Shown: positions 39,924 to 54,300 of the stretch, in pieces
Position numbering within the stretch: position 1 is the first letter of the stretch
How the letters are laid out: each line of letters starts with the position of its first letter
NCBI RefSeq assembly: GCF_006345805.1
Contig: NC_043006.1
Span: 60,698,001-60,762,000 of the forward strand
DNA from: Octopus sinensis
Taxonomy: Eukaryota
Reading direction: 5' to 3'
Length of the DNA: 64,000 nt
Program-made: the position numbers and the translations under genes
Notes under the pieces: model-generated
Seen by the model: only the letters and a program-made list of their open reading frames with translations
What the model was told of the DNA's origin: nothing
The model's database searches: none

Positions 39924-40134
39924 ATCTTTCTCTTTATAAATGTACTAAAAATTTCATACTGCCTCGGCTTTGCTGTCTCATTCTACTTAACATATACATG
40001 CTCACACACGACCCGCATTAGATTCACCACTCAAACTATGATCGAACCGGGAGTCTAACCACGGCCCTTGAGTAGCACTTACGTAGCCTTACCTGCCATT
40101 TTGGGACTTCTGGCTACCAAAACCTCTCAAATAT

Positions 40135-40158
40135 GCGTACATATATATATATATATAT

Positions 40159-40195
<37 letters not shown>

Positions 40196-40236
40196 ATATG
40201 TATGTATATATATATATGTATATGTATATATATGTA

Positions 40237-40297
<61 letters not shown>

Positions 40298-40390
40298 TTA
40301 TATAAATTATTAATATCTATCTATCTATATATGGATAAAGTGTATGTGCATGTGCGCGTATGTGTGCATGCATGTGTATGTTTGTGTGTC
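40135..40390. repeat. (TG)n/(TA)n microsatellite
   Basis: Direct reading. Confidence 0.95.
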
Positions 40391-43300
40391 TATAGAGCCA
40401 AACCTGTATTCAGCTGTTCCAAATATAGCATATTGTGTTTGTTTGTTTTTTTGTTCTTCACAATTTAGATTATTTAATTCCTTTTAATCTTTTCCTATTT
40501 CATTTCGGAATATAGCCAAATAATTATAGTAATTGGAATCTCTTCCTGTCTATGTATTCTTTGATTTACTCGTTTCCTTATTTTTCCCACAAATCTTGAG
40601 AATAATTAATCTCGCAGCCAGCAATTTTTCAAATTAATGTTATGCTACTACTGCGCCCGTTCATACTAAATAAATGCGAATGCGTGCGCGCGTACGACAG
40701 CATGACTGCTTATCCTACAGTGATGAACAAATGCTAGTGCATGAGGACTTCTCACATACGCACACACATACAGACAAACATACACATACAATCAAACACA
40801 CAAACACGCATACACATATGCACTTACTGTATATTTAAGATGATTATGTGAGTGTTCTGGGAAATTCGAGTGGGCATGCGTATGTTTATCTTTTGTGAAA
40901 ATTGCTAAAGCAATATTTCAGAATATTTGTATTCAGAATAACAGAATACATTTTTCAAATTCATTCCAATAATATCTTATTATATTATCAGTATTGTTTT
41001 CAAAAATGTTCTTCCATTTACAATTTCAAAGATAAATTTCCCTGCCAGGATTAAAACTATATACACAGCTGTCAGTTATATTTTATATGTAAATTCAGTG
41101 GAGCATGCATCGCTCGCTAATGCTGAAATAATGATACTAAGCCAACAAACGGTATAATCTTTACTTAATGAACAGACATGTCAGAGAAAATCGAATATTG
41201 TCCAGGGATATTGTTGATTAGGATCATGCGAATTAATGAACATAGATTTAATAAGAATTAATCTTCACGCACAAACACAACAAACAGAATGCATGTAGTC
41301 GTTAGTTCACACACGTATGTGAAGATTTAATTTCTGGCAATTAGTTTTCTTTGTTGTTGAATATTTCAGAAAAAATTCCTATTATAGGTGTTTGTTTATG
41401 CTTTGTCTTTAATTATTTTTTTCTTTTGCTTAACAATTCGTTCAATATTTTGTATGTGTTGTCATAATTATAATTTCAGATTTTTTTAATCTTACATCTA
41501 AATTGGTTTACGTGGTTTGCGTCTAATGTCTTTGTGTCATAAGATTTTGATTAAGAAGACGGCACTGGACGCAATTCTATATACTGGATTTAATTTTGTT
41601 TTTCCATGTTCAAATTCTTCCTGATTCAATTTTGAATTTGATAACTGCCAAAAATATAAGGCTGCATCAATTCATAGCATCTTACATAAAGCAGTATGCA
41701 TGAGATAATATAATTTCCGCTGTACAAAATGAGATAAAGGATTCACATTCTACGGTACATGAATATTTTACTACAGAATAAATGGAGGTGAAGTGAACGG
41801 TACCGTTAAGCTTTAGGTGATAGAAATTCATTTATCACACTAATGTCTTAAGGGAAGTCAGAAATGATCGGAATCTTTCGTGGATTAGTCTGGATAAAGG
41901 ACGTTCCCACGAATTTGGCAACCCCTCTTACGTCTTTGATAGACATGATACAGATTACGATCCTCTTTAACATATATAGGTGTAAATGTGCGCAAATATA
42001 GAAGCCAACAATGATAAGGCAAGGATCTATTGGCTAGTGATTGTTCTGTAGTGGCGTTACAGATAAGTGTGAGACGAAGAAAACTGACAGGCGGGTCGAG
42101 TAGTTTAGAGGAGCAAAGGTTGTTATAGATGAAACAGAAGAAACAAAGTGAAGAAAGAATGTATCTGTCGGTGAAATGTCTAATCTCATTAATGCAAAAA
42201 TTTGTCATCATGTTGGAGAATCACCAGACGAAAAACCGAGAGGCGTGGTGAAATCTTGCAATTGGACTTAGAATGATTAATGTTAAGCACTGTAAGAGCG
42301 AGATATAAACTATTTTGCGTAATATTTATCTCTGATTGTATCTGCGACTTTTTTTTTTATAATAATAAAATGCAACACAGCAGCGAAAATGTGATGTCTG
42401 GCTGAAGAGGTTAAGCAGGAATGAAATATGATACCTATTGAAGTGGGAACTAGAAGGTCATTCGTCTAAAGAAAAAAATATAAAGTGTTCATGATAGTAT
42501 TATGAGGAACACTCAACTTGAAACGGTGTAAATGGATGGGAAAAAGGGGAGAAAGTGCGTGTGAGAGAGAAACTGAGTGGGAGAGAAATACAGAGAGAGA
42601 ATGTAAAAGAGAGAAAGCGAATGAGAGCTGTGACCCTATCCTGCTATCTGACACAACAAATCAATGATAAAACGCTTGAGCCTGAGAGAAAAATATTACT
42701 AGATGTTTTCTCAAACTATAGTTAAAATAAATGTGCTATGAAATGGCTTTTGCCAAATTTTGAAGGGTGTGGGATAGTTTAGAGTTGGCTGAAGAGAGAC
42801 GGCAGCGCAATACTTGAGGATATGCACAAAGCAAAATGCTTAAAACGATATAAATGACTGTTAACGAATGTTTCAAATACGCTTTACCTTTTAAAAATGT
42901 GCTCGATAGTTCGATAGATAGTATGTTTATATAACTTGCTCTTCTCAATATCTCTTCATGAAACCAGTGTAACATAACTGAAAAAACTGTAAATAGATGG
43001 CGGTAAATACGGGGATATCTTGATGTATCTATTGAAGATAACACCTAACACTGCATGACACAGTTTGAGAGCAAAAGGAGATTACGTTCTGATTTCACAC
43101 GCAAACAAACAAAGAATTTAATATTTGATACTAGATATTGTTATGGTATTGTTGTATTTGATTAGCTCCGTGACAATTTCTCGTATCAATGATAGAGTAT
43201 CGAAAGCCAACACGGACATCGTCATTGTTTAAACTCATAGCATAAAAATCACATAGCTAATTTATACATTTGATGCAAAACAGTGAAAATATTTGGATAT

Positions 43301-43999
43301 GCCAACAAACCGGGAAATGGTCTATCATGATACTCCATTTTGGCATATCAGCAGCATGGAAAATGCTTTTATACATCATGTCTTGACCTACACTGAAGCT
43401 TTATGCATACACATACACAGATACACTCTCTCACAGACATATATTCATGTTTACATACACATGTGTGCATATATTTTTGTATAGGGGTGTACATTTGCAT
43501 ATATAATTGATGTTATTTGCTTCCTTTATGTCGGGTTGCAATACACCTATTCAACAAATTTCAAGGAAAAATAATATTAAAAAAAAATTCTGATTTTCAC
43601 CCAGAACGAATTATTTATGCATCCGATTGAAGACTGGTTCATGAAACATTTAACGAGGAAACTTAATATTGCGCCTTCTTTTTTCAAAAGTATTATAGTC
43701 TAATTTACTGGTAGTATTCGTTGGTCTTCGTTTAAAGGTTTTAGAAGTGACAGAAACTCTAAACAAGTGAACAAATAATAGCAAAATCTATGTCAATCAA
43801 ATTATTTATAATGGATATGCAACTAGTAGGATGTTCCTTTTAAATAGAAACATTATTATGAAACGGTAATGGAGGGAAACTGAGATGAACAATAAGATTT
43901 TAGTGATTTGGTGGAACACAAAGTTTTTCTAGAAAGTTAAAGTTTACTTTACTTCCAAAATGTAGCCGTGTATGAATCTGGGGAATAAACAGCTTTACA

Positions 44000-44460
44000 C
44001 TTGATATAAACAGATGACCACCAGCATTTATACCGTCCATTAATCATGTGGTTGTTTTCAAGCATTTCGTAATGTGATAACCCTTCCCACCAAACACAGA
44101 CAATTGTCTTGCGCAGATGAAGCTCTAGCTTAGTTTAGGGGTATTGGGGGTACTTTTTGCTTGTTGGGACCCTGCTATTCTTTCTTCTACTTAATATTGA
44201 CAAAAAAACACACCATTTTTCAACGCTGGTGACGATATTGTAAAGTTATCTTTGTATCCATAGCATCCTGGTGTCGAATGAGCAAACTTGCAGTGACAGA
44301 AGAGCGCTGGAGTTCGTCTACTTCGTTCAGAGTATTTGACACTCATGCAGCAAGGTTTTGGACATTAGCCATCGAGTGAGGGTAATGGGTGACTGTATCA
44401 CAAGAACCTCCCATCTGCTGGGCCAATTCCTTAGCGGATTGGCGCGGATGTGTACGCTCC
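44000..44460 (-). mobile_element. Mariner transposase fragment (decayed)
   Basis: NPRQSAKELAQQMG...LQRSSVTASLLIRHQ...IVT.(D)EKWC...LHLRKTIVCVWWEGLSHYEMLENNHMING. Confidence 0.8.
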
Positions 44461-47400
44461 ATCGAGCCTATTGAATTCAACAAGCAGCTGTAACGTGGAG
44501 AGTCTGTAAGATCGAATTTTCCCTTGTTGAAGCATGAAAACTATTTCTGTATAGTTCTGTGGTGATAGCACCTTCTCCATATACAGCATAAATGGCTTGA
44601 GCTGGTTTGAGCGGGTTGGCAGTTTTAGTGTCTTGATTGAAAAAGAATAGAAGCAGGCGTCGAAAATGTTAATTATTTTTCTACATGGCATCTCATCGTC
44701 ATTATGATTCAACAGAATTAATATTAATTCAAATTTCAAAAGCTATAAACAAAAGTTGAAGAAGAATAAAACTACAGAAACAAAATTTCAAAAATACTAC
44801 GATAAAAATATTTCGCAGCATTAATTCAAATAACATTGCAAAGAAACGAAATTAACTGACAAAAATACCTAGAGTGGAGCCAAACGCTAAATAAATGTTT
44901 TTTTTTTTTCGTCGTAGAATAAAAGGAAAAAAAGGTAATGCTGTTGCGTAAAATCTCTTGTGTCACTGATTGTATAGTTAGATGTTTCATCGAATTGGAA
45001 TCAACAACCTTCACAAATTTTAAACGGCTGATAATGAAAGATAATGTAATGAAAGATGCTGCTTGCTCAAGACTCAGGTTGAGATGCAAACAACATTAAT
45101 TGTAGTAGTAGTAGTAGCTCTTATGAAAAAATTCACACGATTTCAAAAATCACTTAAAATGAAAACTTTGTGAGGAATGAATTTAATCAAAATGTTGTCA
45201 TTTATTAGAGATTAAATAATAACATTAAACTTTAAAAGTTTCAAATTAAGATTGAAGTTTAAAATTAAACAAAAATTTCAAGGCACGTTATCAGAGAATC
45301 GCAATGCTGTGATATTCAACTAACGCAACTCTCTGTTCAAAGCTGGAAATAAAATAACTCTTGATAGTATACTAGAGGAAATGTAATAAATATGATATTC
45401 GTTATATACTTTCGGTGATTTCTGGTCAGAAGGCCTAGAGTATATATATATTTAAAAATTACACCTTCTTAGGTTTGAATTCAGAGATTGTTAGGCAATG
45501 CAGCGGTCTATATTTAACAGTTGTTGTCCTGTTCACTTTTTCTTACAGGTACTACGTGTGTGCGGTCTTCCTTGCATTCACTTTAGATTTGTAATCTCTC
45601 GCTTCATCCTTTATCTTTTCATAGATACTGGTATTTCCCCCTCACATCCAAGAATATATATAGTCTTGAAAATCGTTACCTGAAATGTCTAATCAACTCA
45701 GTCAAGTGTTTTGGAATTCTGGAACAAAGCCCTCTTTAGGTACGCAGAATATCTTTCCAGCATGGTATTTTGGTAAATATAAACTATGTCCATTTTTGTG
45801 CAGAATAACAAGAATCCTCTCAGCTGTCCTTTTGCGTTACACAGAACACAGCTGAAAGGAAACCTTCTTCTGAAAAACTGTGCAGAGTGGGAGGACACTA
45901 CCTCTTCGTTGCAACATGTTTGAATTTTTTTTCTAAACATATTGGATCGGATGATCTTTTAATGGTCAGAAGTCCTGTCTTGCTACTAATACCATTTTAC
46001 ACAGGACACGCAGTACGTTGGATGGCCAAAAGGAAGATGTGATAGCCGTTAATATGTAAGTCTTCCCAGAACTGGTCTCACTGAGGATTCTGTGGACGAA
46101 GCAAAGAGATAGATTGTGAACCGCACGTCAGTTTTCTATCAGGTAAAACTTTGGAGAGGAATTTAGTGGTGGGGGTGGGGAAAAGTTCATGGGAGGAAGA
46201 TAAGTCTGGTTCAGGGTTTCAAAAACCTGTGACCTCAGAGTCTATCGATCTCGAATAAATTCTAGAGAAATTAAATTGCTAATTTCCTATTCGACTAATA
46301 CCACCTCACCTTCACAAAGTTCCATTTGGAGAAGGTGAAGGCGAAGAGCGACAGTTTAGCTTCCAGAAGTTTGCAAGTATCTGATTGGGAGTTGTGTGTG
46401 TATTTCTGCAGAGCAGCTGGAAATAGGCATTTCCCCTCATCGGTAAGTGCCATACGACCTGAGTAGCTGCCACACATCCAAAAGTTATATTTCATTTTTA
46501 TACTATAGTTTTCTCTCTTACTGGATTTTACGTGAACCACCTACCATTTTTAAACTGCCCTTCCAATGTGCCATATAGTCTGATGTCTAAAATGTACACT
46601 AAAAAGTATGACATATAGACAAGTTTATTTTATAAGCGTGTACATAATTTATGTACAAGTTTTTAACAAGTTTTGATAGGGCTTCTATTATTATTGAGAT
46701 TGTTTTCGCTTCAAGTACCCCAGAACTTCTAATTAACTTTATCTCCATATTCTGGAAATACAGATAATTGCGAAGTACATCATTGCCTTTTATGCGACAT
46801 TCTTTGATTAAGAGGTATAGCTATTTGATCTCTTAACTTTCATCTCTGTCTCGATTTGATTACCACAGAATAACCTTGATTTGTAATTCTCTGAGACGTT
46901 TTCTTGTTTGGGTTTATAATGCTGGCTTAACCTCAAATGTATAAACGATTGAAATCCCCAACACTGTCGTGTCTGTAAGCATAGATTTTGTTTGGCTATG
47001 ACTAGAAAACCCGAGAGAACATAGTTAATTGCTTCTTCCTGATCACCTCATATTCTGAATATAGATAATCTATTCTGGTTCATTACACACATTTGATGGT
47101 CCCTTCTTAGTCTGTCTTCCATTCAGAGTGTTTCCAATCACAGTTCTGTGTCCTACACTTTTGCAGAATATATTTGTTTATTTCATCTATGACAGATTTC
47201 ATTATAAAATAAATGTATTCAATATAGATATTGACCCTATATTGGCCCGTCTTAAAATTGGTTCGGCAGTGCATACTATAGCTTAATTTACAGCTAAATT
47301 CTATTTTTTTTCTTTAATTTCAGTTTCTAGTTTGTATTTGCTGATTTTCACCGAGACGCAAAACAAGTTTTATGTTTTGTTTATATATTGCAACTAAGTA

Positions 47401-48099
47401 TATTTTTTCAATTTTCTCTGTCAATTATTTCCACTGCTCTTACAGTGACTATTTTATGTGGTTTTCTACTTCCTACTCTCATATATAGAATAATTATGGT
47501 GATAAGGATTAATTTTCTATGACAATGTGTATTCGATTTGTGGTAAATATAATCTTTATATGTGATTAATGTCTTGCTTAGCTTCCGTTAATTTTTGCTA
47601 ACTCCTTTAGCGTCAAATCGAGAATATTACAACTATATCATATTACTGGGACGGCTATAGTATTAATGACTACTATCTTCGGTTTGCATTTAAAATTATT
47701 TCCTCTATGAATCTAATACTGCATAATTTTCCACCATAAATATTTATTTCCTTTATGTTTATTCTATATTGTCTAATTCATTAACAGTATCAAATTCAGT
47801 GGTAGGTATCACTATTACAAATGCAGTGGTTGATATCATTGTTACTTAAAATTTCGATTCTCTGCGTCTGACGTAATTACTTTTGCTTCGCTCACTAACG
47901 TGGTATATAGATATCCTTAATTTTCATCTCTTTAAATTTGACTTGCTGTATTTTCTAATCCAAACTTCATATCCGCTTTCCTTTTAAATCCTTGAAACAT
48001 CACCAGTGGAGATAATAATAACAATACTAACAACAACAATAACAATAACAACAACAAAATAATAATAATAATAAAAAGCAAAAACTGCCGTGGAGCTAC

Positions 48100-48955
48100 T
48101 GTTCAAACATATGAACAAAGCCGGCGTCATCAAAACTGAAAATTGCGTAATTAAAGAAAGATTTTAATAAGAAATGAACAAAAAGAAAAGCATGGAAGGA
48201 AAAGAAAACGTACAGTCAGTTTGTGAGAGAAGTGAACGCCAAGACAGATACAGAGGACCGGCGGCTGTGGATGAGGAGGAGTGACCCGAAGATAGAGACA
48301 GAAGCATTCATGTGCGCAGCTCAAGAACAAGCGTTAACGACCAGTTATTTGAAGTACAGAATAGACAACACTACCGATTGCGACAAATGCAGAATGTGTG
48401 GGGAGATGGATGAAACGGTATGGCACATCATTAGCGGTTGCCCGAAATTGGTACAACGCGAATACAAAAGACGCCATGACAATGTGGCAAGGATGATCTA
48501 TTGGGAGCTCTGTGGAAATCACGGTCTACAAAGAGCAAATATGTGGTATGAGTAACCTCCAAAAGGAGTCGCCGAAAATGAGAACTGCAAAATCCTGTGG
48601 AATGCAATGATCCAGTGCGATCACGCGACCAGACATCGGAAACCGGACATTGTTGCGTTGAATAAAAGAGAAAGAACATGCATGATAATCGACATAGCAT
48701 GCCTCGGTACCAAAGGAATCAATGTGAAAGAAGAATATACAAACTATGACGATTTGAAGTGGGCAATACGAAGGCTGTGGTCAATGAAGAGAGTAAACTT
48801 GATACCTATATTAGTTGGTGTACTTGCAAGTATTACCACTCATCTACCAATATAGCTCAAAGAGATTGGTGCAACTGTAAAGGGCGACAACCTACTAAAA
48901 TCGGCATTGCTTGGAACTGCAAGAATTCTTCGCCCGGTTTTTGAATCATGGCGAG
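48100..48955 (+). mobile_element. R4/Dong-like LINE 3' end (CCHC and restriction-like endonuclease)
   Basis: ETEAFMCAAQEQAL...CRMCGEMDETVWHIISGCPKLVQREYKRRHDNVA...RHRKPDIV...CMIIDIAC...LLKSALLGTARILR, then (TAA)n. Confidence 0.9.
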
Positions 48956-49059
48956 TAAACAATTATCACCTTAGTTCGCTGGCTGTAGACAGCTGATACT
49001 TCCCATTATACCCATCAAAATAAGCTGTTCGTTTTCATATAATAATAATGATGATGATG

Positions 49060-49119
<60 letters not shown>

Positions 49120-49122
<3 letters not shown>

Positions 49123-49676
49123 GCCCTGATGCAGTACCAGGCAGTGGCTCTCATGGCTTCTGATCTTAACTGATTGGAAGTGTTATCATGTACATTGTTT
49201 TGTCTTGGTATAAAAGATGGGCTACAGCAAATATTCTGCTCAATACCACAGATTTGCTTGTCAGTTGTTTGGCCTTAACCAGTTGAGCATGTCCCCTAGT
49301 GGCTGACGATATGTGCATCTCTGATCACGAGCAGAAGTAGTGGGGGAGCATCATGGCCATGTGTTGAGAGGTATTCTTTGGGGTTTGAATAATTCACCTC
49401 TGGAAACATAGGTGTTTCGTTCAACATCCTAAAGCCACCCTTATTCAGGGACCTTTTGAGCAGAATGGGCTACTCAACCTGAAGAAAATTCTAACTGGGC
49501 GCCACCTGCAAGGTCATGTGCTGTTTATCTTGATATGAGATCACCATGTCGCACACATATGGTTGTGATGCATGTGCCTGGTGTACCTTTATCAGAAGGG
49601 TAGTCATGATGGGTATATTGGGCTTCGTATATTTTACCCCATTGTCACTTTGATGGCATGAACTGCTCTCTCACTC

Positions 49677-49678
<2 letters not shown>
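49120..49678. mobile_element. About 560-bp non-coding interspersed repeat flanked by (AAT)n
   Basis: Bounded on both sides by AAT arrays. Resembles a common octopus repeat from recall only; single copy here. Confidence 0.5.
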
Positions 49679-49713
<35 letters not shown>

Positions 49714-49743
49714 GTAGTAGTAATAATAATAATAATAATAATA

Positions 49744-49791
<48 letters not shown>

Positions 49792-49804
49792 CAACAATAA
49801 TAAA

Positions 49805-50215
49805 CGGGTAATATGCCATACGATTTCACCATTTTGTCCACAAATTCTGTATTTAGTACTTTCTGATGTGTTCTCCATTCTGTATTTGATGTAATTGGTT
49901 CTTAATGCTTGCTCTTGAGTAGCACAGATTAGAGCTTCCGTTTCTGGTTTTAAATCACATTTAGTTATCCATAGCTATCTTTTTTCTCCTTCTCACTTAT
50001 CTTCAATATCTTGGTGAAATTGTCCATGCATTCTTTTTTTATCCACAGCATTTAAACTATTCTTGCATTATCCACAGCATTTAAACTATTCTTGCATAAT
50101 CAGATGAAATGCTCCCCATCATCTTGGTGTTCAGCATCTGGCCTAGTTATTCCCTTATTCGCTCACTATCTGGAAGTTGTACTACACAACTGTCTACTAT
50201 CCACCCTCTCCTCCG
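49805..50215 (-). mobile_element. R4/Dong-like LINE fragment upstream of the CCHC knuckle
   Basis: LKPETEALICATQEQALRTNYIKYRMENTSESTKYRICGQNGEIVWHIT, ending in (ATT)n. Confidence 0.8.
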
Positions 50216-50539
50216 TTCAATAACAGCGCATTTCACTATACCAAATGACATCTAGATGTGTTAGGAGAAAATTCGTATGGTCTGAATAAGAGAATCCACC
50301 GTAAATTATCAGTCTCATGTTTTTCTACAGTTTGTAACCAGCTCCCATCTTTTTTAGAACTATACAGAAGAGATTGAGAGAGAGAGAGAGAGAGAGAGAG
50401 AAAGAAAGAGAGAGAGAGAGAGAGAGAGGGAGGGAGTTATATAGATAGATAGACAACAAAAGAGGAACCTGGAAGATATTTTGGTATTATTTATTACAGA
50501 TGTTCCATTTGCTAATAGGAATCATAAAATTGTACATTT

Positions 50540-51300
50540 GGGATGGATAAACATAGGAAATTTTTCAGCCAGAAAATCAAATTTTATTGTATTGTTTGAT
50601 TTTCCTGCACAACAATGTCTAACAGGAAATTGTATTAGCATACAAGCAATAAACGGTAAGGTTACATTGAGTCTTCTTGAAAAATTCCCCTCTTGATCTT
50701 GATTTCTCCAATTTGTTTTGCTTTCATCTACAATCAAGACTGTCATCCAGTTTCCCACTCTAATTTTGGGCAAATGAAATAAACTTTTCGCTGCCTCGCA
50801 CATCTCCAGGTATTTCAGAATCTATGAATGAGGAACCATATCATGCCTTCTAATAGTCAATCCAATCCAATCCTTCATCAATTGACTCTTTTTACTCGTG
50901 ATTCCTTCTTGCAATATTTCTGATCATCTTTCGAAATAGTCGTACAATTTCTTTCCTATTATCCCAGTTAGAAGCTTCCACATCATAGTGTGAACAAGCA
51001 ATCAGACGATAGTTACTGGCCATAACACCCTTGGATGGATCCTTCTGAACCAACACAGTTTTTCTTTATCCGTAGAATTTCTTGGTGAACACAAATTTCC
51101 AAGAGATTTTGTAGTTCTCCTGGAAGACAGCTTTGTATTGGGGAAGAGTTATTCTATTAGCAAATAATGTTCAAGAAACCTTCGCCAGTTAAGAAATAAT
51201 ATGTCCGCGTATGCATTACTTCCTGCTTTAAGTCGATCATATGTCCATTCCACCGTTTGGTCGACCCTACCTTCAGGTCATAACATCTGAGGACTATAGA
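50540..51300 (-). mobile_element. R4/Dong-like RT fragment (5' part repeated in the two further tandem copies)
   Basis: QKDPSKGVMASNYRLIACS.MMWKLLTGIIG...WIDY*KAYDMVPHS...QIGEIKIKRGIFQEDSM.PLPFIACM. Confidence 0.85.
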
Positions 51301-51740
51301 ATTATGTATATTTCAATATATTATGTCATGTATGAAATGTATGAATTGCATAATACTATGAGGAAAAAATATTGTCCGTTTCTGGGAACAATTGTAATAT
51401 CAATTTAACTTCTATCCTCATTTAAATGATTACACTTCTGAAAGTGTTTTACATATAAAAAACGTTTCCTTTGTCAGTGATGATTGAAATGTTCATAATC
51501 TGCACACATGGAACGCTATGTCAAAAAGGAATTAAGTTTACGAACAGATGCGCAAATATGTACGTATATTTCCATGCATTTGCATATATTTATAAATACG
51601 GCATAAATTGCAAAATAATCGAATAAAAACAGAATCTCACCACATCATTCACATATATACAATAATTCATAGGCCTGTCTCTTGTCATCCCCCCTCTCCC
51701 TCTCTTTCTCTCTGTATTACGCATATTAAGTCATTATACA

Positions 51741-51785
<45 letters not shown>

Positions 51786-53745
51786 CTTTTCGCTGCCTCG
51801 CACATCTCCAGGTATTTCAGAATCTATGAATGAGGAACCATATCATATGCCTTCTAATAGTCAATCCAATCCAATCCATTCATCAATTGACTCTTTGTTA
51901 CTCGTGATTCCTTCTTGCAATATTTCTGATCATCTTTCGAAATAGTCGTACAATTTCTTTCCTATTATCCCAGTTAGAAGCTTCCACATCATAGGTGAAC
52001 AAGCAATCAGACGATAGTTACTGGCCATAACACCCTTGGATGGATCCTTCTGAACCAACACAGTTTTTCTTTATCCGTAGAATTTCTTGGTGAACACAAA
52101 TTTCCAAGAGATTTTGTAGTTCTCCTGGAAGACAGCTTTGTATTGGGGAAGAGTTATTCTATTAGCAAATAATGTTCAAGAAACCTTCGCCAGTTAAGGA
52201 AAATAATATGTCCGCGTATGCATTACTTCCTGCTTTATAGTCGATCAATATGTCCATTCCACCGTTTGGTCGACCCTACCTTCAGGTCATAACATCTGAG
52301 GACTATAGAATTATTGTATATTTCCATATATTATGTCATGTATGAAATGTATGAATTGCATAATACTATGAGGAAAAAATATTGTCCGTTTCTGGGAACA
52401 ATTGTAATATCAATTTAACTTCTATCCTCATTTAAATGATTACACTTCTGAAAGTGTTTTACATATAAAAAACGTTTCCTTTGTCAGTGATGATTGAAAT
52501 GTTCATAATCTGCACACATGGAACGCTATGTCAAAAAGGAATTAAGTTTACGAACAGATGCGCAAATATGTACGTATATTTCCATGCATTTGCATATATT
52601 TATAATACGGCATAAATTGCAAAAAATCGAATAAAAACAGAATCTCACCACATTCATTCACATATATACAATAATTCATAGGCCTGTCTCTTTCTCATCC
52701 CCCCTCTCCCTCTCTTTCTCTCTGTATATACGCATATTAAGTCATATACATAAATATATATATATAATATATATATAATATATATTATATTATAACTTTT
52801 CGCTGCCTCGCACATCTCCAGGTATTTCAGAATCTATGAATGAGGAACCATATCATATGCCTTCTAATAGTCAATCCAATCCAATCCATTCATCAATTGA
52901 CTCTTTGTTACTCGTGATTCCTTCTTGCAATATTTCTGATCATCTTTCGAAATAGTCGTACAATTTCTTTCCTATTATCCCAGTTAGAAGCTTCCACATC
53001 ATAGGTGAACAAGCAATCAGACGATAGTTACTGGCCATAACACCCTTGGATGGATCCTTCTGAACACACAGTTTTCTTATCCGTAGAATTTCTTGGTGAA
53101 CACAAATTTCCAAGAGATTTTGTAGTTCTCCTGGAAGACAGCTTTGTATTGGGGAAGAGTTATCTATTAGCAAATAATGTTCAAGAAACCTTCGCCAGTT
53201 AAGGAAAATAATATGTCCGTATGCATTACTTCCTGCTTTATAGTCGATCAATATGTCCATTCCACCGTTTGGTCGACCCTACTTCAGGTCATAACATCTG
53301 AGGACTATAGAATTATTGTATATTTCCATATATATGTCATGATGAAATGTATGAATTGCATAATACTATGAGGAAAAAATATTGTCCGTTTCTGGAACAA
53401 TTGTAATATCAATTTAACTCTATCCTCATTTAAATGATTACACTTCTGAAAGTGTTTTATATAAAAAAACGTTTCCTTTGTCAGTGATGATTGAAATGTT
53501 CATAATCTGCACACATGGAACGCTATGTCAAAAAGGAATTAAGTTACGAACAGATGCGCAAATATGTACGTATATTCCATGCATTTGCATATATTTATAA
53601 ATACGGCATAAATTGCAAAATAATCGAATAAAAAACAGAATCTCACCACATTCATTCACATATATACAATAATTCATAGGCCTGTCTCTTTCTCATCCCC
53701 CCTCTCCCTCTCTTTCTCTCTGTATATATACGCATATTAAGTCAT

Positions 53746-53750
<5 letters not shown>
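50782..53750. repeat. Tandem triplication of an approximately 1.0-kb unit
   Basis: Unit start aacttttcgctgcctcgcacatctcc at 50782, 51784 and 52794; each copy ends in (TA)n. Confidence 0.95.
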
Positions 53751-53831
<81 letters not shown>

Positions 53832-54214
53832 GTATACGATACATATATACAGAAGAGATTGAGAGAAAGAGAGAGAGATAGATAGTTATATAGATAGACA
53901 GACAACAAAACAGGAATCTGGAAAATATTTTGGTATTATTTATTACAGATGTTCCATTTGCTAATAGAAATCATAAACTTGTACATTTTGGATGGCTAAA
54001 CATATATAAAATTCTTCAACCAGAAAATCAAATTATATTTGTATTGTTTGATTTTCCTGCACAACAACGTCTAACAGAAAATTTGTTACATTTTTATCCA
54101 ACATGCACAATTTTGTGATTTCTATGAGAAAATTAAGCATCTGTAATGGTGAATAACTATTACCCAATTTTTTTTTATATGATAAATCTGCAAAAAATAC
54201 TTCCCAACACTAGT

Positions 54215-54300
54215 AGATAGGCGCAGGAGTGGCTGTGTGGTAAGTAGCTTGCTAACCAACCACATAGTTCCGGGATCAGTCCCACTGCGTGGAATCTTGT
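54215..54300 (+). mobile_element. SINE head, 3'-truncated
   Basis: ggcgcaggagtggctgtgtggtaagtagcttgct...cccactgcgtgg. Confidence 0.85.

Noticed and set aside
45690-46170. Possible BEL/Pao RT remnant (EDSVDEAK)
   Set aside because: Only one weak motif; not enough to call.
46295-46540. 81-aa minus ORF with a good donor-like site
   Set aside because: The plus strand reads FTKFHLEKVKAK, resembling the Tx1 C-terminal FFKYHLKR at about 60780; more likely an old LINE remnant.
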